In this document: positions 8,601 to 21,400 of the stretch, piece after piece
How the letters are laid out: the number at the start of each line of letters is the position of its first letter
Numbering within the stretch: the stretch's first letter is position 1
Source of the DNA: a virus
Lineage: Duplodnaviria; Heunggongvirae; Uroviricota; Caudoviricetes
IMG/VR virus record: IMGVR_UViG_3300042673_001280
DNA: 64,000 nucleotides
Strand: one strand, 5' to 3'
Notes under the pieces: model-generated
The model's input: the letters and a program-made list of their open reading frames with translations, nothing else
Database searches by the model: none
Told to the model about the DNA's origin: nothing
Made by a program: the position numbers and the translations under genes

Positions 8601-11600
8601 CAACCCAAGATACTGTTATACTATCAGACGCAGTTACTGTAGCTGTTGGTTTAGCAGGTGCTAATACTTTATCTGCAAGAGTTGTAACTTTATTACTAAT
8701 TGGAGACTCTGCAGATGCACCTCCATTGTTGTTTGCAATTAACGTATACCAGTATTCTGTTTTAGCAACTACTGTATCAGTATATGGACTACTAGAAATT
8801 CCAGTTATTAAAGTACTTCCAGTTGATGTGTATCGTTTGAAATCATGCGATGTTGCACCTGCCTTCGTATTCCATGTTATTGTTAATGAAGTCTGTGCAG
8901 TAGCAGGTGATGTAACTATTGGAGCTGATGGTTGTGTTATCTTTGTTGTAAATGCTTTAGATGTACTAATACCAGTAATTGGACTAGCTTCATTATAAGT
9001 TGTAATAGTTACAGTATGCGCATTAGCTGAAGCTAACCCAGTAACATTAATTGATGTTGCAGTTGCAGATACGTTAGTGTTATCTAAATATGGCAGACCG
9101 TCAGTATCTTGTACAACTTTCACTCTATATTTTGTAACCTGTCCGGTTGCTTTTGTCCAGTTAATTGTTGCTCCAGTAGTTGTAATAGTTGCAAGAGGAA
9201 TAGTTATTCCAGTTACTACCGTTGGATCATCTGGTAAAGTTTGTACAGGGCTGCTATAGTCTGATGCAACTGACAGCCCGCCATCATTTACTGCAATTAA
9301 TGCATACTTGTAACTATCATAAGAAGTTAACCCTATACTAATATAGATTAATGTAGTAGTTCCAGAAGTAGTTACTCCGGTTAATGTTTCCGACGTACTA
9401 GTTGTAATATCGTACTTAATTAAATTATAACTCGTTGCACCTGTAATCGCACTCCATGAAACATTAAGTTTAGTTCTACCATCTGGCGGAGAAAGTGTAG
9501 TAACTGACGGACTTGATGGTTGTGTTATCTTTGTTGTAAATGCTTTAGATGTACTAATACCAGTAATTGGACTAGCTTCATTATAAGTTGTAATAGTTAC
9601 AGTATGCGCATTAGCTGAAGCTAACCCAGTAACATTAATTGATGTTGCAGTTGCAGATACGTTAGTGTTATCTAAATATATCTGACCGTTAGTATCTTGT
9701 ACAACTTTCACTCTATATTTTGTAACTTGACCAATTGCAGCTGTCCAGTTAATAGTTGCTCCAGTAGTTGTAATAGTTGCAAGAGGAATAGTTATTCCAG
9801 TTACTACCGTTGGATCATCTGGTAAAGTTTGTACAGAGCTGCTATAGTCTGATGCAACTGACAGCCCGCCATCATTTACTGCAATTAATGCATACTTGTA
9901 AATATCATAAGAAGTTAACCCTGTACTACTATAGGTTAATGTAGTAGTTCCAGAAGTAGTTACTCCGGTTAATGTTTCCGACGTACTAGTTGTATTATTG
10001 TACTTAATTAAATTATAACTCGTTGCACCTGTAATCGCACTCCATGAAACATTAAGTTTAGTTCTACCATCTGGCGGAGAAAGTGTAGTAACTGACGGAC
10101 TTGATGGTTTCTCTAACTTAGTTCTAAATGTTACATCTGATGTAGTTATAGAATTATTTTCATTAGTTGTTGTTACTGACACTGAATATAATCCATTTGC
10201 AGTTAACGTAGTAGTAAAAGGAGTTTGACCCATTGTTGCAGAAACTGACGTTCCGACATCTTTTGATTCTAATACTGTTCCACTTTGTTTAAGATTAACA
10301 GTATACTTTGTAACTTGACCAATTGCAGCTGTCCACGTTGCAGTTGCAGTAGACGATGTAATATTTGGCAATGTAACTGCTAAGTTAGTTACTACTGCTG
10401 CAGGTCCTGGCAATGTTCTTACAATATTACTAACCGGAGATGCAACTGACGACCCGCCTGCATTAACTGAAACTAATGTATATTTGTATTGATTATAACT
10501 TAGTAAATCAGTATCGAGATACGGTGATGTAACATTAGTTAGTGTTACTGATGCATTCCCTGGAGTAGTAACATCGTACCTAATTAAATTATAACTTGTA
10601 TGTCCGGTAACATTTTCAGTCCATGTAACAGTAAGTTGGTGTTGACCTAACGATGTATCAACTACACCTGTTACTACCGGAGCATTAACTGGAGCAGCTG
10701 TAGTTGTCCAAATATCTTCACTTGTTGATACAGGTAAATTATAGAATATAGATGATTCGTTTACTGTATACAATGTTGCTGTATATTTTGAAGTAGCAGC
10801 TAACCCTGTTGAAATTGTAATCGTATTAGTTGTATTTGTTACATCATTTTTTCTATATACTTCAGTAGTTGTTCCAAAATTTACTACTACAAGTTGATAA
10901 TAGTTAACTACTGGACTAGTTGACAATGTCCAATTAATAGTAAGGGTTGATACAGTTGAAGATGGTGTTGTAAACACTGCAGATATTGGAGCATCTGGTA
11001 ATGATCTTACAGAGTCACTTGTTGCCGACATCAGACTGTCTCCGCCTGTACTATGTCCTTTAACTGTATAGGTATGTGAGGTATACACACCAACAGTATC
11101 AACATATGGCATTGTAGAAACTGTAGCAGTCGGAGTACTTGCACCGTCTCTGTATATGTAATAAGTAGTTGCATAAGTTGATGCAGAATTTACACTTATT
11201 TGTGTAGAACTTTGTACTGTACCAACCGGTTTTGATGGAGTTAATGGTACATTTTCTAATGTTAATAAATCAACTGATGTAGTTTTAGTTGCTGACACAT
11301 TCTTAGCACTAACATCAACTCTATAGTTCTTAGTGTCTGAATGTACTGCTGATGCAATTAATCCTGTTATATTAGCCGATGATGCAGATTGCGCTAAGTT
11401 ACCAGAATCGTATACAACTGAACTATCAGATAACTTAGTTACTATTACCTGATAATTATCTACTTGACCGTCAATTACTAAACTTTGATAAGCCTTCCAC
11501 GTCACAGTTGCAGTAGTTTGCGTTATAGCTGATAGCACTACATTACTTGGCGGCATGATGTTAGATTTACCATGACCATTATGAAGTGATATAATAGTAC

Positions 11601-11730
11601 CACTTGTTCGAGAAACTTGAAATAAAATTCGAACATCGTCGTCATTTAACGAAATTGGTCCGGATGCTTTATTTAACTCTGTGCGAACTTGCCCCATTGA
11701 AATTGCATTGTATTCTAATGGCAATGTCAT
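5686..11730 (-). CDS. giant tail-fibre/adhesin protein (2014 aa): about 12 FN3/Ig-like repeats plus a C-terminal poly-glycine receptor-binding-like domain
   Basis: Recurrent ~95-aa modules with the LP.P ... V.W ... Y.Y pattern and extreme Thr/Ser content. Last ~280 aa contain G8-G10 runs separated by short variable segments. Confidence 0.7.
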   Translation of the reverse strand: MTLPLEYNAISMGQVRTELNKASGPISLNDDDVRILFQVSRTSGTIISLHNGHGKSNIMPPSNVVLSAITQTTATVTWKAYQSLVIDGQVDNYQVIVTKLSDSSVVYDSGNLAQSASSANITGLIASAVHSDTKNYRVDVSAKNVSATKTTSVDLLTLENVPLTPSKPVGTVQSSTQISVNSASTYATTYYIYRDGASTPTATVSTMPYVDTVGVYTSHTYTVKGHSTGGDSLMSATSDSVRSLPDAPISAVFTTPSSTVSTLTINWTLSTSPVVNYYQLVVVNFGTTTEVYRKNDVTNTTNTITISTGLAATSKYTATLYTVNESSIFYNLPVSTSEDIWTTTAAPVNAPVVTGVVDTSLGQHQLTVTWTENVTGHTSYNLIRYDVTTPGNASVTLTNVTSPYLDTDLLSYNQYKYTLVSVNAGGSSVASPVSNIVRTLPGPAAVVTNLAVTLPNITSSTATATWTAAIGQVTKYTVNLKQSGTVLESKDVGTSVSATMGQTPFTTTLTANGLYSVSVTTTNENNSITTSDVTFRTKLEKPSSPSVTTLSPPDGRTKLNVSWSAITGATSYNLIKYNNTTSTSETLTGVTTSGTTTLTYSSTGLTSYDIYKYALIAVNDGGLSVASDYSSSVQTLPDDPTVVTGITIPLATITTTGATINWTAAIGQVTKYRVKVVQDTNGQIYLDNTNVSATATSINVTGLASANAHTVTITTYNEASPITGISTSKAFTTKITQPSSPSVTTLSPPDGRTKLNVSWSAITGATSYNLIKYDITTSTSETLTGVTTSGTTTLIYISIGLTSYDSYKYALIAVNDGGLSVASDYSSPVQTLPDDPTVVTGITIPLATITTTGATINWTKATGQVTKYRVKVVQDTDGLPYLDNTNVSATATSINVTGLASANAHTVTITTYNEASPITGISTSKAFTTKITQPSAPIVTSPATAQTSLTITWNTKAGATSHDFKRYTSTGSTLITGISSSPYTDTVVAKTEYWYTLIANNNGGASAESPISNKVTTLADKVLAPAKPTATVTASDSITVSWVAVTGADSYKVYRYPGKTPLGTKTSGFSDTGLAVKTAYQYTVTSVTTGGESDIESAASDSVTTWDLVPGTPRNVATTGITSSSITVTWDAPASGGTVVKYIARRDGFDGYYVFSGDLTATSFKFDNLYPYATFNFIVTAYSTNPNGTASTSVSGATLANAPNKPSTPTTSSVTYNSITVSCNVSQPVETHNGTTFNYNAPMTYTIYRNGTAAGDIIKTGNVTLAASGGTGTVTFVDNASGSVTENTAYTYYVKTANNGGSSTMSDVSVSVTTPYQPPGTPGMITISLAATTSFTASWSAPTTGTATSYKVTVTEYGTTTAVFTASPTSTSVSVNTGLSANKQYGVAVFANNGGGDSATAATTIAITLPPKVTIGTTTSVSTTSLTVNWTAPAGLTLAYSVYRGGLSDSTNRLTTTGSGTSYADTGTLTAETPYYYYVRADNTTVINGVTFGGVGAPSDASTAAYTYPSAPAVPTIALTSTAKAGDRSVTLTITAGSGGVAATAFLYSYGTSVPTSAGTDAGTYASPKAVSVTLGADNTEYYFVATAKRTANGLTSAASTLSSSANYTTPPAAVGQVSVTAATGAFGVKLTATCTSATHFYYKSWNPSNTGPYGSPKFTPPDTTGIGVWLSTDYYLTNTEQYLSLTSPNTAYYVLAVNFMPGTGPATTGGLTNVASWSQVESAAISLLASTASVVSANQITSVTQSVTVPWDATQVIIAACGGGGAGGGSDANAGNKGAGAPRITATYSLPAGTTSLSVALGGGGLPGDGAVKASGGGAGGGGVYAGGTGGNTGPTGTSGGGGGGGGATVVTTIGATSRKLVIAGGGGGGGGGSNGKTGGAAAPYNLPGVAYISASTDLAVGVAGNTPATGIDGGGGGGGGAPYCTTTQSTFTGTGGIAGKDNVTSAGAGVSGGLFVSSDYTGGLTITAAPSTVVSSTSTDAPGTGGKGGSGTGQSTSAYYGTAGSASITFLK
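8928..10105 (-). repeat. two ~590-bp tandem copies (about 95 % identical) inside the fibre gene, each encoding a pair of FN3-like modules
   Basis: Long identical strings (e.g. ggttgtgttatctttgttgtaaatgctttagatgtactaataccagtaattggactagcttcattataagttgtaatagttacagtatgcgcattagctgaagctaa) occur at ~8930 and ~9517. The protein repeats KITQPSSPSVTTLSPPDGRTKLNVSWSAITGATSYNLIKY. Confidence 0.8.
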
Positions 11731-12359
11731 TATTTAATTCCTTTTAACTCGTCTATTTGAACTTGTTGTGCTTTAATACATTCAATTAACAATGGAATTA
11801 ATTTCTGATAATCAACAGCTAAAATGCCATTATCTCTTTCATGTACTGCTTCTGGTAGTACTTCAATTACTTCTTGAGCAATTACACCTACGTCATATTC
11901 TTTAAATAAAGATTGATTTTGAGTTGCATAATAATCTGCAGTCCATTTAAATGTATTGCCTGAAAGTGTTAGTAATTTCTCAAGTGGGTTAGCAATAGGA
12001 GTAATATTTTCTTTTAATCTTTTATCCGAACTATTGTAAGCAGTAATATTCTGCAACGCAGTAAGATCATGTTTACAATTTACTACACTACCAGCAGCTG
12101 TCGACCCAATGTTAACTATAGTTGCAGCTCCACCAATATTAAGAGTAGTTGCAGTAGTATTAATTAGATCAAAGCTTCCAACAACTGATGCAGATATAGA
12201 ATCTGTAAAAAGAGGAGCAGTTGCAAAAACTAACTTCCCAGTACCAGTAGTATCAACTGCACCGACATCAGCTAAATTAATGTAATCTAAATATGCTAAT
12301 CGACCTAAATCAGCATTAGTTGGTACTTGATGTGGTCTATTTCCTATAAAACTACTCAT
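11730..12359 (-). CDS. short fibre protein carrying a C-terminal intramolecular-chaperone (peptidase S74-like) domain
   Basis: C-terminal SDKRLKENI ... GVIAQEV ... VDYQKLIPLLIECIKAQQ matches the auto-processing chaperone of endosialidase/T5 pb1-type fibres. N-terminal Gly/Thr/Ala beta-rich stalk. Confidence 0.6.
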   Translation of the reverse strand: MSSFIGNRPHQVPTNADLGRLAYLDYINLADVGAVDTTGTGKLVFATAPLFTDSISASVVGSFDLINTTATTLNIGGAATIVNIGSTAAGSVVNCKHDLTALQNITAYNSSDKRLKENITPIANPLEKLLTLSGNTFKWTADYYATQNQSLFKEYDVGVIAQEVIEVLPEAVHERDNGILAVDYQKLIPLLIECIKAQQVQIDELKGIK

Positions 12360-12414
12360 TGTTGCAACCCTTTTAACGTTTTAGTTTTGTATGTTTGTTT
12401 CATTATTTATTCCC

Positions 12415-15400
12415 TTATTGCATTGTAAGTACTAACAATTCATTACCGCTTAATTGTTTTGCGTAATATGTAAATTTTGTAATGTATTGTGTACCGACTC
12501 CATTACCAAATTTTAACATATTAACATCAATTGGAGCTGCAAAATTGCTATCATCAACAGCCGCTGGCTGATTATTAAACGTATATGTTGCAGGAGATGT
12601 TGCAGGATTTAAACCATAACTAACTGCATGAGTTACAATTGTGTTTAACGTTGACGTTGTATAACCAGCAAAATCAAACTGAACAGTTGAGGTGTTAGTT
12701 TTACAAACCGAATTATATACAATGCTTCCGCTAGCCGAATTACATCCAACTTCAATGTACGATGTTACTGCAGGTGAAGTTTGAATTCTAGCACCGCCGT
12801 AATCAGCAAATCCGTCATTAATACCTAACGCAGTATGTGATAACACCATAGTACCTTGTGTCTTGCTATACCAACTAGAAAAATTAGTTCCAGTTACATT
12901 AACATCTTCTACAGTTCGAAGCACTGGTGCTTCGAGCGTAGGAATATAACTTGTCATATATTTACCATCTTCAAGTTGCGCTCCCCATAATACAACAGTA
13001 GTATCAGTAGATGCAAACTGTAAACTTATTTTATTTGTAGGTGGAGATTCAGTAAAGCTAAGTCGAACTAGCGATGAAATATCATATGTTGATTCATCTA
13101 TTACTGTCCAATTCATACTAGTTGAGAATTTATAACTTATTGCGCCAACTCCTGTAACTCGTTTAATCCATATTGAGAATGTTTTAAACCCACTACCCGT
13201 TGTCGAATCGTTAAACACTAATTCTGCATTAGCAGCATTGGCAGTAAATTGATATGCAAACCCTATACCATACGGAGTTAAAGTATTTGATGTTGCGCGT
13301 GTCATTAACGGATATGTCCATGACGAGAACGATTCAGATCTTGTTAAATAATTTGTTCTTGCTTCTTCAAGTAACAACCCTTTTGACTCTCTAGTAATTG
13401 GATCGTGATCAAACCTTGCGCAATTTGGATCAGCAACAACTAATAAACCGGTTGAATTATAATATGTTGCAATACTTGTTCTGCTAAACGTAATACGAGG
13501 ATCAAGTGTTTTACTATTAGCAAAATCAAACATAACTGATGGACGTATTGTTGGTCTTGTTGCAGTTGCAGTAATCCCTGTTGCAGACATTATTGAACTA
13601 CCTAATGTTAAGTCAATTCGGCTGTTTGTTGATAGTGCCCATTTTCCAGTTATAGTACCTTCAATAGTTGCATCACCAGTTGATAATGTTTTAGATTTTA
13701 ATACACTAGTAGCTGCAGTAACATCTAACGTACCTGTAATTGCTACATTAGTAGATGATGCCGCGCCACCCGATGCAACTATAAAATCAACGTTGCCAGG
13801 TGTAGTAAATTTAACTTGTCTGTTTGGATTAGTATCGTCAACATTATATGTATCAATGATAGTATAACCATCAACTTTTAAACCTTTAACATTAATAACA
13901 CCGTTAGTATCTGTCTGAACAATACTAGATGCTCCGCCAACTTGTGTATACGGAACTACTTCATATGCAGTTGCCTTACTGCTAACTACTGTTTTAACTG
14001 TCATTACACCAACTGATGTAAATGTTGCATTTTTAATACCGTCGCCATCAAGTACAATGTCACCTGTTGAAACTTCAGTAACTGCACCGGTTGCATTAGT
14101 ATAGTTACCTAACATTTTCTTAGCAGCAACATGTTTTATTTTAGAAATATCAATACCGTTAGCAGATGTTCCGGTTTCTAAATCAATCCACCCATTAGTA
14201 GATTTAAACACTGCACTATTATACGTTGATACACCTAAATCAGATTGCAGATTAGTTGATGCAGCTCTTGCCACTGCTTTAACTAAGTTTAACTTGCTTT
14301 GATCTATTTCAGCAGTTAAACTAACCATACTGTTAACAATTTTAGCAGCCCCAATAGTTGAAGTTAATGTAGCAGTAGAACCAACTACTACATACGCAAT
14401 AGTTACATCGCCAGTTAATGTTGAGTTAATCCATTTATTTGGTCCAAGTAACCCAGTGTTTCTTTGTACTAGTAATTGAGCATCAACTAATGTAGCAGAT
14501 GTTATTGATACATCTCCTAATTCTGATATTGCATTGTTACTAGCAATTAATCTATCAACATACCCTTTAGTTGCAGCATCTTTTGATTCAATATCAGGTT
14601 CTAAACTTGGTGTTTTAAGATTAGTAATTGCATTGTTACCCATTGATAAATCGCCAGACATAACAAGCGATCCGTTTAATGGTAAAAACCCTGGTCCAAT
14701 CCATGTAGAGAATGGAACTGCAGAACCACCGTGGTCTAAACCTAATCGTTTGTCAATATATCCACGTACTGCACTTTGTACTGGTACCGTGTCAGCAGCG
14801 TTGTTAGTTAATGAAGAGTCTGATGAAAATTCATTTACTACAACACCTCGACTAAATCCAAAACCTTCAATATTTGATAATGAAATCTTAGCACTAAATG
14901 TTACTGTTCCTGTACCTTGATCTACTGAGAAAAACCGCCCTACTCTAAATATACCGTCTTGGTTGGTTGAAACATAGAAACAACGACCTACGCCTTCGTC
15001 CAACGTCTCGCGTGATGCATTACGAGGTAAAGCAGGATCACCGTAAATTGAATATGGAATATTTGTTGTACTATATCCGCCTGTTCCAATATCGCAGAAA
15101 TCATGCCCAGTTGCACGACATGTACTAATACGTGTTGTTACTTGTGCAAGTGAATTAGATTGGTGTCCAATTTTTAATGTATACGACGAACTACGACTAA
15201 AAGGTTTACTAATACCTAAATTAGAACTAGTTCCAGATGCTAATGTATCTGTTATTAGCGTAGGATCTACTATATCAAAAACACCCGGATTATATGGATA
15301 AAATACAGTAGCACTTGTAGCTGTTGCAGATATTACACGAACAAATCCATTATATAATGCGTTAATGTTTCCTTCAACTTTAAGCCATGAATTGTCTGCT

Positions 15401-18400
15401 AGTGTTGTAGCTCTTGCATTAAATTGGAAAGTTACTGAATATCCGGTTGCGTTAGTTGACGAAGTTGGTAACGGAGATGTAAGTACTGTAGATGTAGTAC
15501 CTAAAATTTCAGCTCCCGGATTAACAGATTCTACAGGATCAGTTGGGTATAACACAGTTATTCTATTAACAGATACTCCTTCAGATGCAGTTGTATCTAC
15601 ATACACCGGAGTAGATAATTCAACTGATAAATCAGCAGGTGTTATAGGTTGAAGTTCATCTGGAAGATGTAAATTTAAATCCGGAATATTAATATATCCA
15701 GAACCACGATAAACAATTTTAATTTCAACAATTTTAGTATCAACAATCTTACATACTGCTTTTGCTTGTTTTGTATATCCTCCGCCATCGATTGTAATTG
15801 TCGTACCATCAGGATATCCAAGACCGCCATTTACAACAGTTATTGTTTTAACATTTGCCGCAGTTGATGCTCTAATTTGAGATCCTGCAGGAACCCAACA
15901 TGACGGACTAACTGTAATAGTATGATTTGGAATATCAACTTCTTGAATAATTGCACCAACGCCACTAATTGATTCTACTGCCGAGGTCACAACCATGCCA
16001 ACCTTAAATCCATTAGTTGAACTAATTGTTAACGTAGTTTGATCTAATACACCAACAACTTGATAAGAACCGTTATAGTCACTTAATGCGTTATCGTTAA
16101 CTGCAATATTAAGATAACCGTCAACTTTTGGTAACACATTATCTTTATTATACGGAACATCAAACGTTACGACTGTAGCAACTACGCTGCCGTCTTGCAA
16201 TGCCTTACTATGATACGACATTGCAGGTAATGTATAGTCGTCGGCACTATTATTTGTTATTGGAACACTTGAAATTTCAATATATCCGTTACGTGTAGAT
16301 CCAAATGTAACTGAGTAATTATTAATTGCAGTACCGACTGTATCTCTAACTGTTACAACTGCAATAGCCGGGTCTTCGCTATTAATTACTACATTATCAA
16401 CATACCCAGTAAGTGTGATAGTAGTTCCATTTTTTACTACAAAATAATCAGAAATATTAATTGTGCCTACAGTACCACTAACTGTTAGTATATTACCAAC
16501 ATAGCTAGTACATGTTCTACTAACTGCAGCAGTTGGTTGTACATATTGCAAAATTTGATGTATTCTACCATTCCATGCTGTAATATAGGTTTGTTTGTTA
16601 AGTTGATCTATTACTGCAATTTGTGTAATTGGAATTACTGCAAGTTTAGTATCACTTACTTTATACCCTTGGGTTGCATTTGTAAACGAAACTTCGCCTG
16701 ATGGTGTTACCGACGGTGCTGCCTCTAATGATGGTTCAACTGTTGTTAACACAATCTCAAATTTACCAGCATCTACACCTGTTTTTGCAACTACAGATTG
16801 GACTATTTGTCCAGCAAACCCAATACCAACAATTGTTTGACCTACTGCAATGGTAGTACCAGCTGCAACGTTATTAACGACAATCGTCGTACTTGATGTA
16901 CTACCTGATACAACAGTTGCAGTAATAGTGTTAGACGGATCGCCGTTGATGATATTAGTAGGATCGATCATAATATTGTAATATGCAAATGAATTATCAC
17001 TTTGTAAAATTGCAATATTTGGATCTAATAGCTCACCGGTTGATTCTGCTAAATTATAAGCAACGATACGATATACATCATTTAAGTTATCGTTATATTG
17101 CAATGCAGTAGACGGTCTAGTTGGTTTAACGTTATCAATGTTATTAAACTTAACATTTTTTAATACACGAATTGATACTACTTGTCCATCATACAACGCT
17201 TTTGCTAATCCTGAACTTGCAGTGTTATTATCGCCTGATGTACTTAAATTAAGTTTAATTACAATTATGTTGTTTACCCGAACAGTAGTATACTCAACTG
17301 ATGTAATAATATAGTTAGTAATAATACCACCGTTTGCACTATGGTCAATTTCTAATCCCGACCCGGTAGTTGGAATATACTCATACGCATGTACCCATAC
17401 TGCAACTGCAGGAGTAGTAGCAGTAGGCACCATCTCGTTAATAGTTTCACCTTGTTTATAAACTTTTGCAGTTTGCAACATATGATTTGCTAAGTTTGCA
17501 CTATCTGGTAATTCAGTAACATCAAACCCTGAAGCACGCATACCATAGTTACCAAATGTGTTTGAACACCCGACACCACGTAAATTACTACCGTTATTTG
17601 CCCAGAACCCGGTATGTGCATAATATGTAAATGTACACACTTGTTCAGTAAATGCACCGTTAGATGCTACTATACCATAACCTAAATCGTTAAACATTGC
17701 AAAGTCATTTGCTAACATTGAACGATTACCACCGGTTTCTAAATTAATTGTTAAATCTGCACCGTTGTTTAAAAAATCAGTTACTTGTTTAGCAATCCCA
17801 GTAGGACCTGTAATATCTAACCCAGTGTATGCAGTTGTATTAACATTACTTGGCAACGTAGGCCATTCTACTGTAGGTAAGGTTGATGCTACATTTGGAT
17901 TTGAATTTACATAATCAATTACTATATTAACTAGCGTAGTAAGGGTTAAATCAAATGTACTATCAGCAGCTAATGTTTGAATTTGATTTTCTTTATTGCC
18001 ACGGGTTGGAGTTACTTCAACACCTTTAACAATTGATGTTAAAATATTACGTAATCTTATGTATGCTGTTTGACATACTGATTGCACATCTCCATCTAAC
18101 AATACTGATTCATATAAATTTGAATTGTTTTTAGAAAATAACGACGTAGCATAATCAACTGTTTGGCTGTTACCGCCATAGAAAATATCATATGTAATTG
18201 CATCAACTAAATAGCCAACATCACGTTCACTCTTTTGTCTATTATAGTTAGGCAACGTGCTTAACACATAATTATCTGAAATATACGCAGTTATTTCAGC
18301 TTTAATAAACGGTTTATTAATTTGAAGAATATCACGAGCTTTATTTTCATTTAGTGTTTTAGATGCCCAAACAAAGTCTAATGTAGCACTTACACCGTTA

Positions 18401-21400
18401 ACTAACATACTTGTTATAAGTGTACTTGATAAAGTTAACCCGGGAATTTCAGCATTTGCTAATTCGATCGATTTCTCAATTCCTGCTTTAGTTAACCCTT
18501 GAAGCTCTCCAATTAACAAACTAGAAGATAGTCTTAAGAATGCTCTACCTGCATGTATTGCACGATAATTAGTACCTAATATCGCATCAGTAACTACTGC
18601 ATCAATTACATACCCTGCATCGCGTCGTGCCTTTACTTCATCGTACACTAAATTGTTTGATATTGGATTATACATATACGGCGTTGTAGTATCTAACGTT
18701 AACGTTACTGTTTGAGTAGCAGCATTAAATTCAACAATGTCGTCAATTTGATAACGCTTTCCTCTAACATAAAACGAACATGGCGGTTGTGGAGGTCTAA
18801 CATCAAGTCCGCTGCTTTGACCAAACACAATTTTACCAGACGGCGTACTATCTGCAACTGCACTTAATACCACTGTAGCATTAGTCGATGGCGCAACTGG
18901 TAACGTTACACTTACAACATATTGTCTACTTTCAAATCCAGTACCTGTAATTTTAACACCTGGTTTTAATCCAACAATGTTAACGATATTATTAACAACC
19001 ATAGTAGTTGATAATCGTCCGCCACTTACATATGTACCAACTGCACTAGTTGTACCTTGTACTTTAATTGTAAGACCTAAGTCAGTAATCTCTTTAATAG
19101 TGCCGTATACGCGACCTGCAAATCCGTCAATATATTGTCCACCTGCAAATCGTTTATAGTTGTTACTTTGTGAAAAACTAGAACATTCTTGAATGTACGG
19201 TGATTTAGTTTTAATGTTACCTTCTGGATCTAGAACCATTGCAAAGCCGCCTTGACCTTGGAACGTTACACCAATAATACGATTACCTTCATTACATAAG
19301 AATACGTCAATTTCTTTATTATTTTTAGCAGGACTTGTTACATCTAATGGATTAGTTAAATAATGACGTCCGTAGTTAATAGTGTCAAACAAGAACCAGT
19401 TGCCGGCTAGTTTAGTAAATGCAGTTTCAAACGGATAAATTACCGTACAGTTCATTGTGTTACCACTAACTGAATCAATAACTGCTTTTCCTCTTTTCTT
19501 ATTGCCACCAGCAGGTATAACATTATCAGTAAACACTTTACCTACCCAACTTAATAATGCTTGGTAATTATTACTTAACGTGATAATAATTTTACCACTA
19601 ACACCGTCAAGCGTAGCAGTAATACCTAAAGAGACTAACGGTGCCGAATTTGAAGCATAATCAATAAGACCTACTTCTAACGCATCAATAATTGCATCGC
19701 GATAGAAAAATACTCTACGCCACGGGCTTTGACTTTCTCTATCGATTGGACGAATAAGTGTTCTACGCATCTCGTCACCGCGAACTGAAACGTTTGCTGG
19801 AATTTTTAACGGAAAGTCTTCGTAATATATTCCGCTTTCTATAAATACTGAAAGATTTAAATCTCGTACTGTTTCACCAAATTCCAATTCTTCGCCTACT
19901 TTAAAGAAACCGGGTTTAGTTAATCGAACTTGTATTCTGTCTTTACCTGTTGATATTTCAGGTGTGTATTTTACAATGCTAGCATACGCCCCTGATGCAG
20001 TTAAATTAGTTGACACCCGGCCAACTCCGACAATTATCTTAGCAGGAAAAATATCATTGCTTTTTGGAGCACCTTGGTCAACATAACCCTTACCGCCGTT
20101 GTCAATATCAATATTCCAAATTGCAGTACCGTGCGACGGCGTGGCTGCAAAACTAACACCGTAACGGATTATGTCTAATACACTATCTAAACTATCAGTA
20201 AATATTGCAGTAGCTTCATCTGAAATTTCAGACAGATAGCTGCCAACTACTCCAATGCTACTTGATGGTAGTATTGCAGTTGATGAAAACGCAGTAAGCT
20301 GAGTTTCAGCTTGTTGGTATCGAACTGCTGTGTAACCTGTTAATACCTCTATACCTAAGTTTTTTGCAAATGCAATACCGTCAAAAGATTGAACATAATG
20401 TGTGCCAATTGCAACTGATTTCGCGCTTGAGTTTTTGTAAAAACTTTTACCTGCAGTTATTGATTGCCAGTTTCCACCGGTAATAATATCTATTGCGGCT
20501 GCATCAACTATTAGTCCAATATCGCGATAACATAACGATTCATCATAATTAAATCCACCGCCAAACGCAGTATTAACATAATCAATAGAGGTATTTTCAA
20601 TTACTTCGGCATTATTATTAATAATAACCTTTAAACTAATTGCATCAATGTATGTTCCACCAGTAAATATAGTGTCATCAACTGGGATACCCATATATAA
20701 GTCATTATCAATTGCAGTAGCTGCAGCTGTAAATTTTGTACCAATAAGGGTTGACGTTGCATTAGTATCATCGTCGTCGCTATGTCCGTTAACGATAGTT
20801 CTAGCGTATAACGAAGTTTTACTAATAACAGTTTTTGTAATAGCCGGCGTGCTAACTATTGTCATTTGATGTGCAGCTGCAACCGATGCTGCTGTCCCGC
20901 CGTACGTAATATCATAACATACTGAAATAATTAGTTTCCTTAAATCAACTGCTAATATAGCTAAAACATCTACGTCAGTGATACTTTCATCAATATCTAA
21001 ATATGAGTTAACATCATTAATAATACTAGTAATAGCAGCATTATCTAAACGATTACGTGCGTTACGAATCCAGCCATTTGGTAGCGGTTGTGTAGTGCCG
21101 CCAGTTACATATGAATTTACTTCAACATTAATATCTGGATATCTTGGTAACTCTGTCGGAAGTTCACCTGACTTAATTATTGTGTCAATTTCAACAAACA
21201 ACGCGTTAATTCTTTCTAAATAATTAGGATCGTTAATTACTGGGTAGAAGTGATCCATATACCATGATGCTGTAGTAGTAACATCTGAATTTGTGCCAAC
21301 AGTGTATATAGATTTATCTAATTCTAATGCTGTAAAAAATGTTATTAAATCAGGTGTCCCAGCAGCAGAATTTGGCAACTGGATAGCCGGAGTAGTATTA

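Noticed and set aside
8928-10105. Insertion sequence or mobile element explaining the duplicated 590-bp block
   Set aside because: Both copies are in frame and encode fibre FN3 modules. There are no terminal inverted repeats and no transposase.
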